Assembly: GCA_051942205.1 (NCBI GenBank)
Contig: JAVECO010000108.1
Coordinates: 60,842 to 80,841 of the forward strand
Length of the DNA stretch: 20,000 bases
Direction of reading: 5' to 3'
Origin: Coniocarpon cinnabarinum
Taxonomy: Eukaryota
A program made the translations under genes and the position numbers. Positions 19,289 through 20,000 of the stretch are shown in pieces (position 1 is the stretch's first letter; every line of letters begins with the position of its first letter). Under the pieces are notes generated by a model. That model was not told the DNA's origin. It was given only the letters and a program-made list of their open reading frames with translations, and ran no database searches.

Positions 19289-20000
19289 ATTGCGGTGAAG
19301 TGAATTAGTGGGTTGAAGTTTGAGCTGCACGCAAATTGGACCGACAGTGTTGAGGGAGATACAGTTTTGTACAGCTAGCCGGATGGGTGACATGGACAGA
19401 TCCAGGCCGCGTGCCATTGCATAATGAGACCGTACGTGACTGTCCAGTGTGTCCAGACTCAGAATCATGTGCGTCCCGAATCAGGTGAGGACTGGAAGAG
19501 CCAAAAATAGATAGCCGCCGAGAGCGTTGGCGGACCGGCCGCGTGATTGGCTGGGGGATGAGAGAGAGCCGAGGGGCAGGGACAGAGAGATCCACGGCGT
19601 GCACGGACCCTAGCGGACACGCGCGAGTCCACCCTGCTCATTCGTCGCCGCCAGCAATGTCCCTTTGCTCAATCGGGCACAGCACACTTTCACGCCCTCC
19701 CTCCCCCGGCCTGCCCACTCGTGCTCTGCCATCCAGCTCAACCGCAGTAGCGTTCACTCCAATGGAGCCACTCGCCCGCCGCACTCCGCCTGGCGCTGCT
19801 GCTCACCAACCCCCATAGAGCCCCCCTTTGGCGGCATCGGCCGTCGCGACTATGCGAAGCGCTACACGCTTCAAGCGAAGATCTGTGTGACAACACACCT
19901 AGAGCCGCGTCAATAGAGGGACGTGCTCGCCAATTGTGCTGGCCTCACGCTTTCGGGCCTGCGAAATGAACCACGTCCATGGCCGTCCTCGTCTGCCTCC

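Noticed and set aside
19305..20000. Short ORFs in the GC-rich right-hand end
   Set aside because: No homology or splice support; more likely the FBP1 3' end plus the promoter/leader of a gene outside the window.
1..20000. tRNA, rRNA, snRNA, TPP riboswitch, transposon, telomeric or CRISPR-like repeats
   Set aside because: I saw no diagnostic motifs, terminal repeats or AT-rich RIP-like tracts by eye; an Infernal/tRNAscan run would be needed to exclude them fully.

Overview
Gene-dense eukaryotic window from a filamentous ascomycete (Pezizomycotina-like, inferred from short GT-AG introns with CTRAC/CTAAT branch sites and fungal-type proteins). From left to right: the 3' end of a gene entering from the left edge (tentatively SIT4/PP6-associated SAPS family, possibly with two alternative C-termini); mitochondrial ribosomal protein uS7m/RSM7 (1 intron); a small spliced orphan gene (108 aa); intronless RAD2/XPG (minus); a GNAT N-acetyltransferase (1 coding intron); an SRP40/Nopp140-like nucleolar protein (minus); a Sec3-like gene; and fructose-1,6-bisphosphatase FBP1 (3 introns). 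I saw no mobile elements, CRISPR arrays, tRNAs or rRNAs. The most notable observations are: (1) the Sec3-like gene is cleanly spliced but stops right after the coiled-coil and lacks the whole C-terminal helical rod; (2) RSM7 looks like a tandem precursor with a second, internal presequence-like/MPP-cleavage segment; (3) possible alternative last exons in the left-edge gene; (4) the orphan spliced small protein; (5) an AcuK/AcuM-type CCG-N7-CCG site and CreA-type sites upstream of FBP1. All family assignments are from motif recognition, not database searches.
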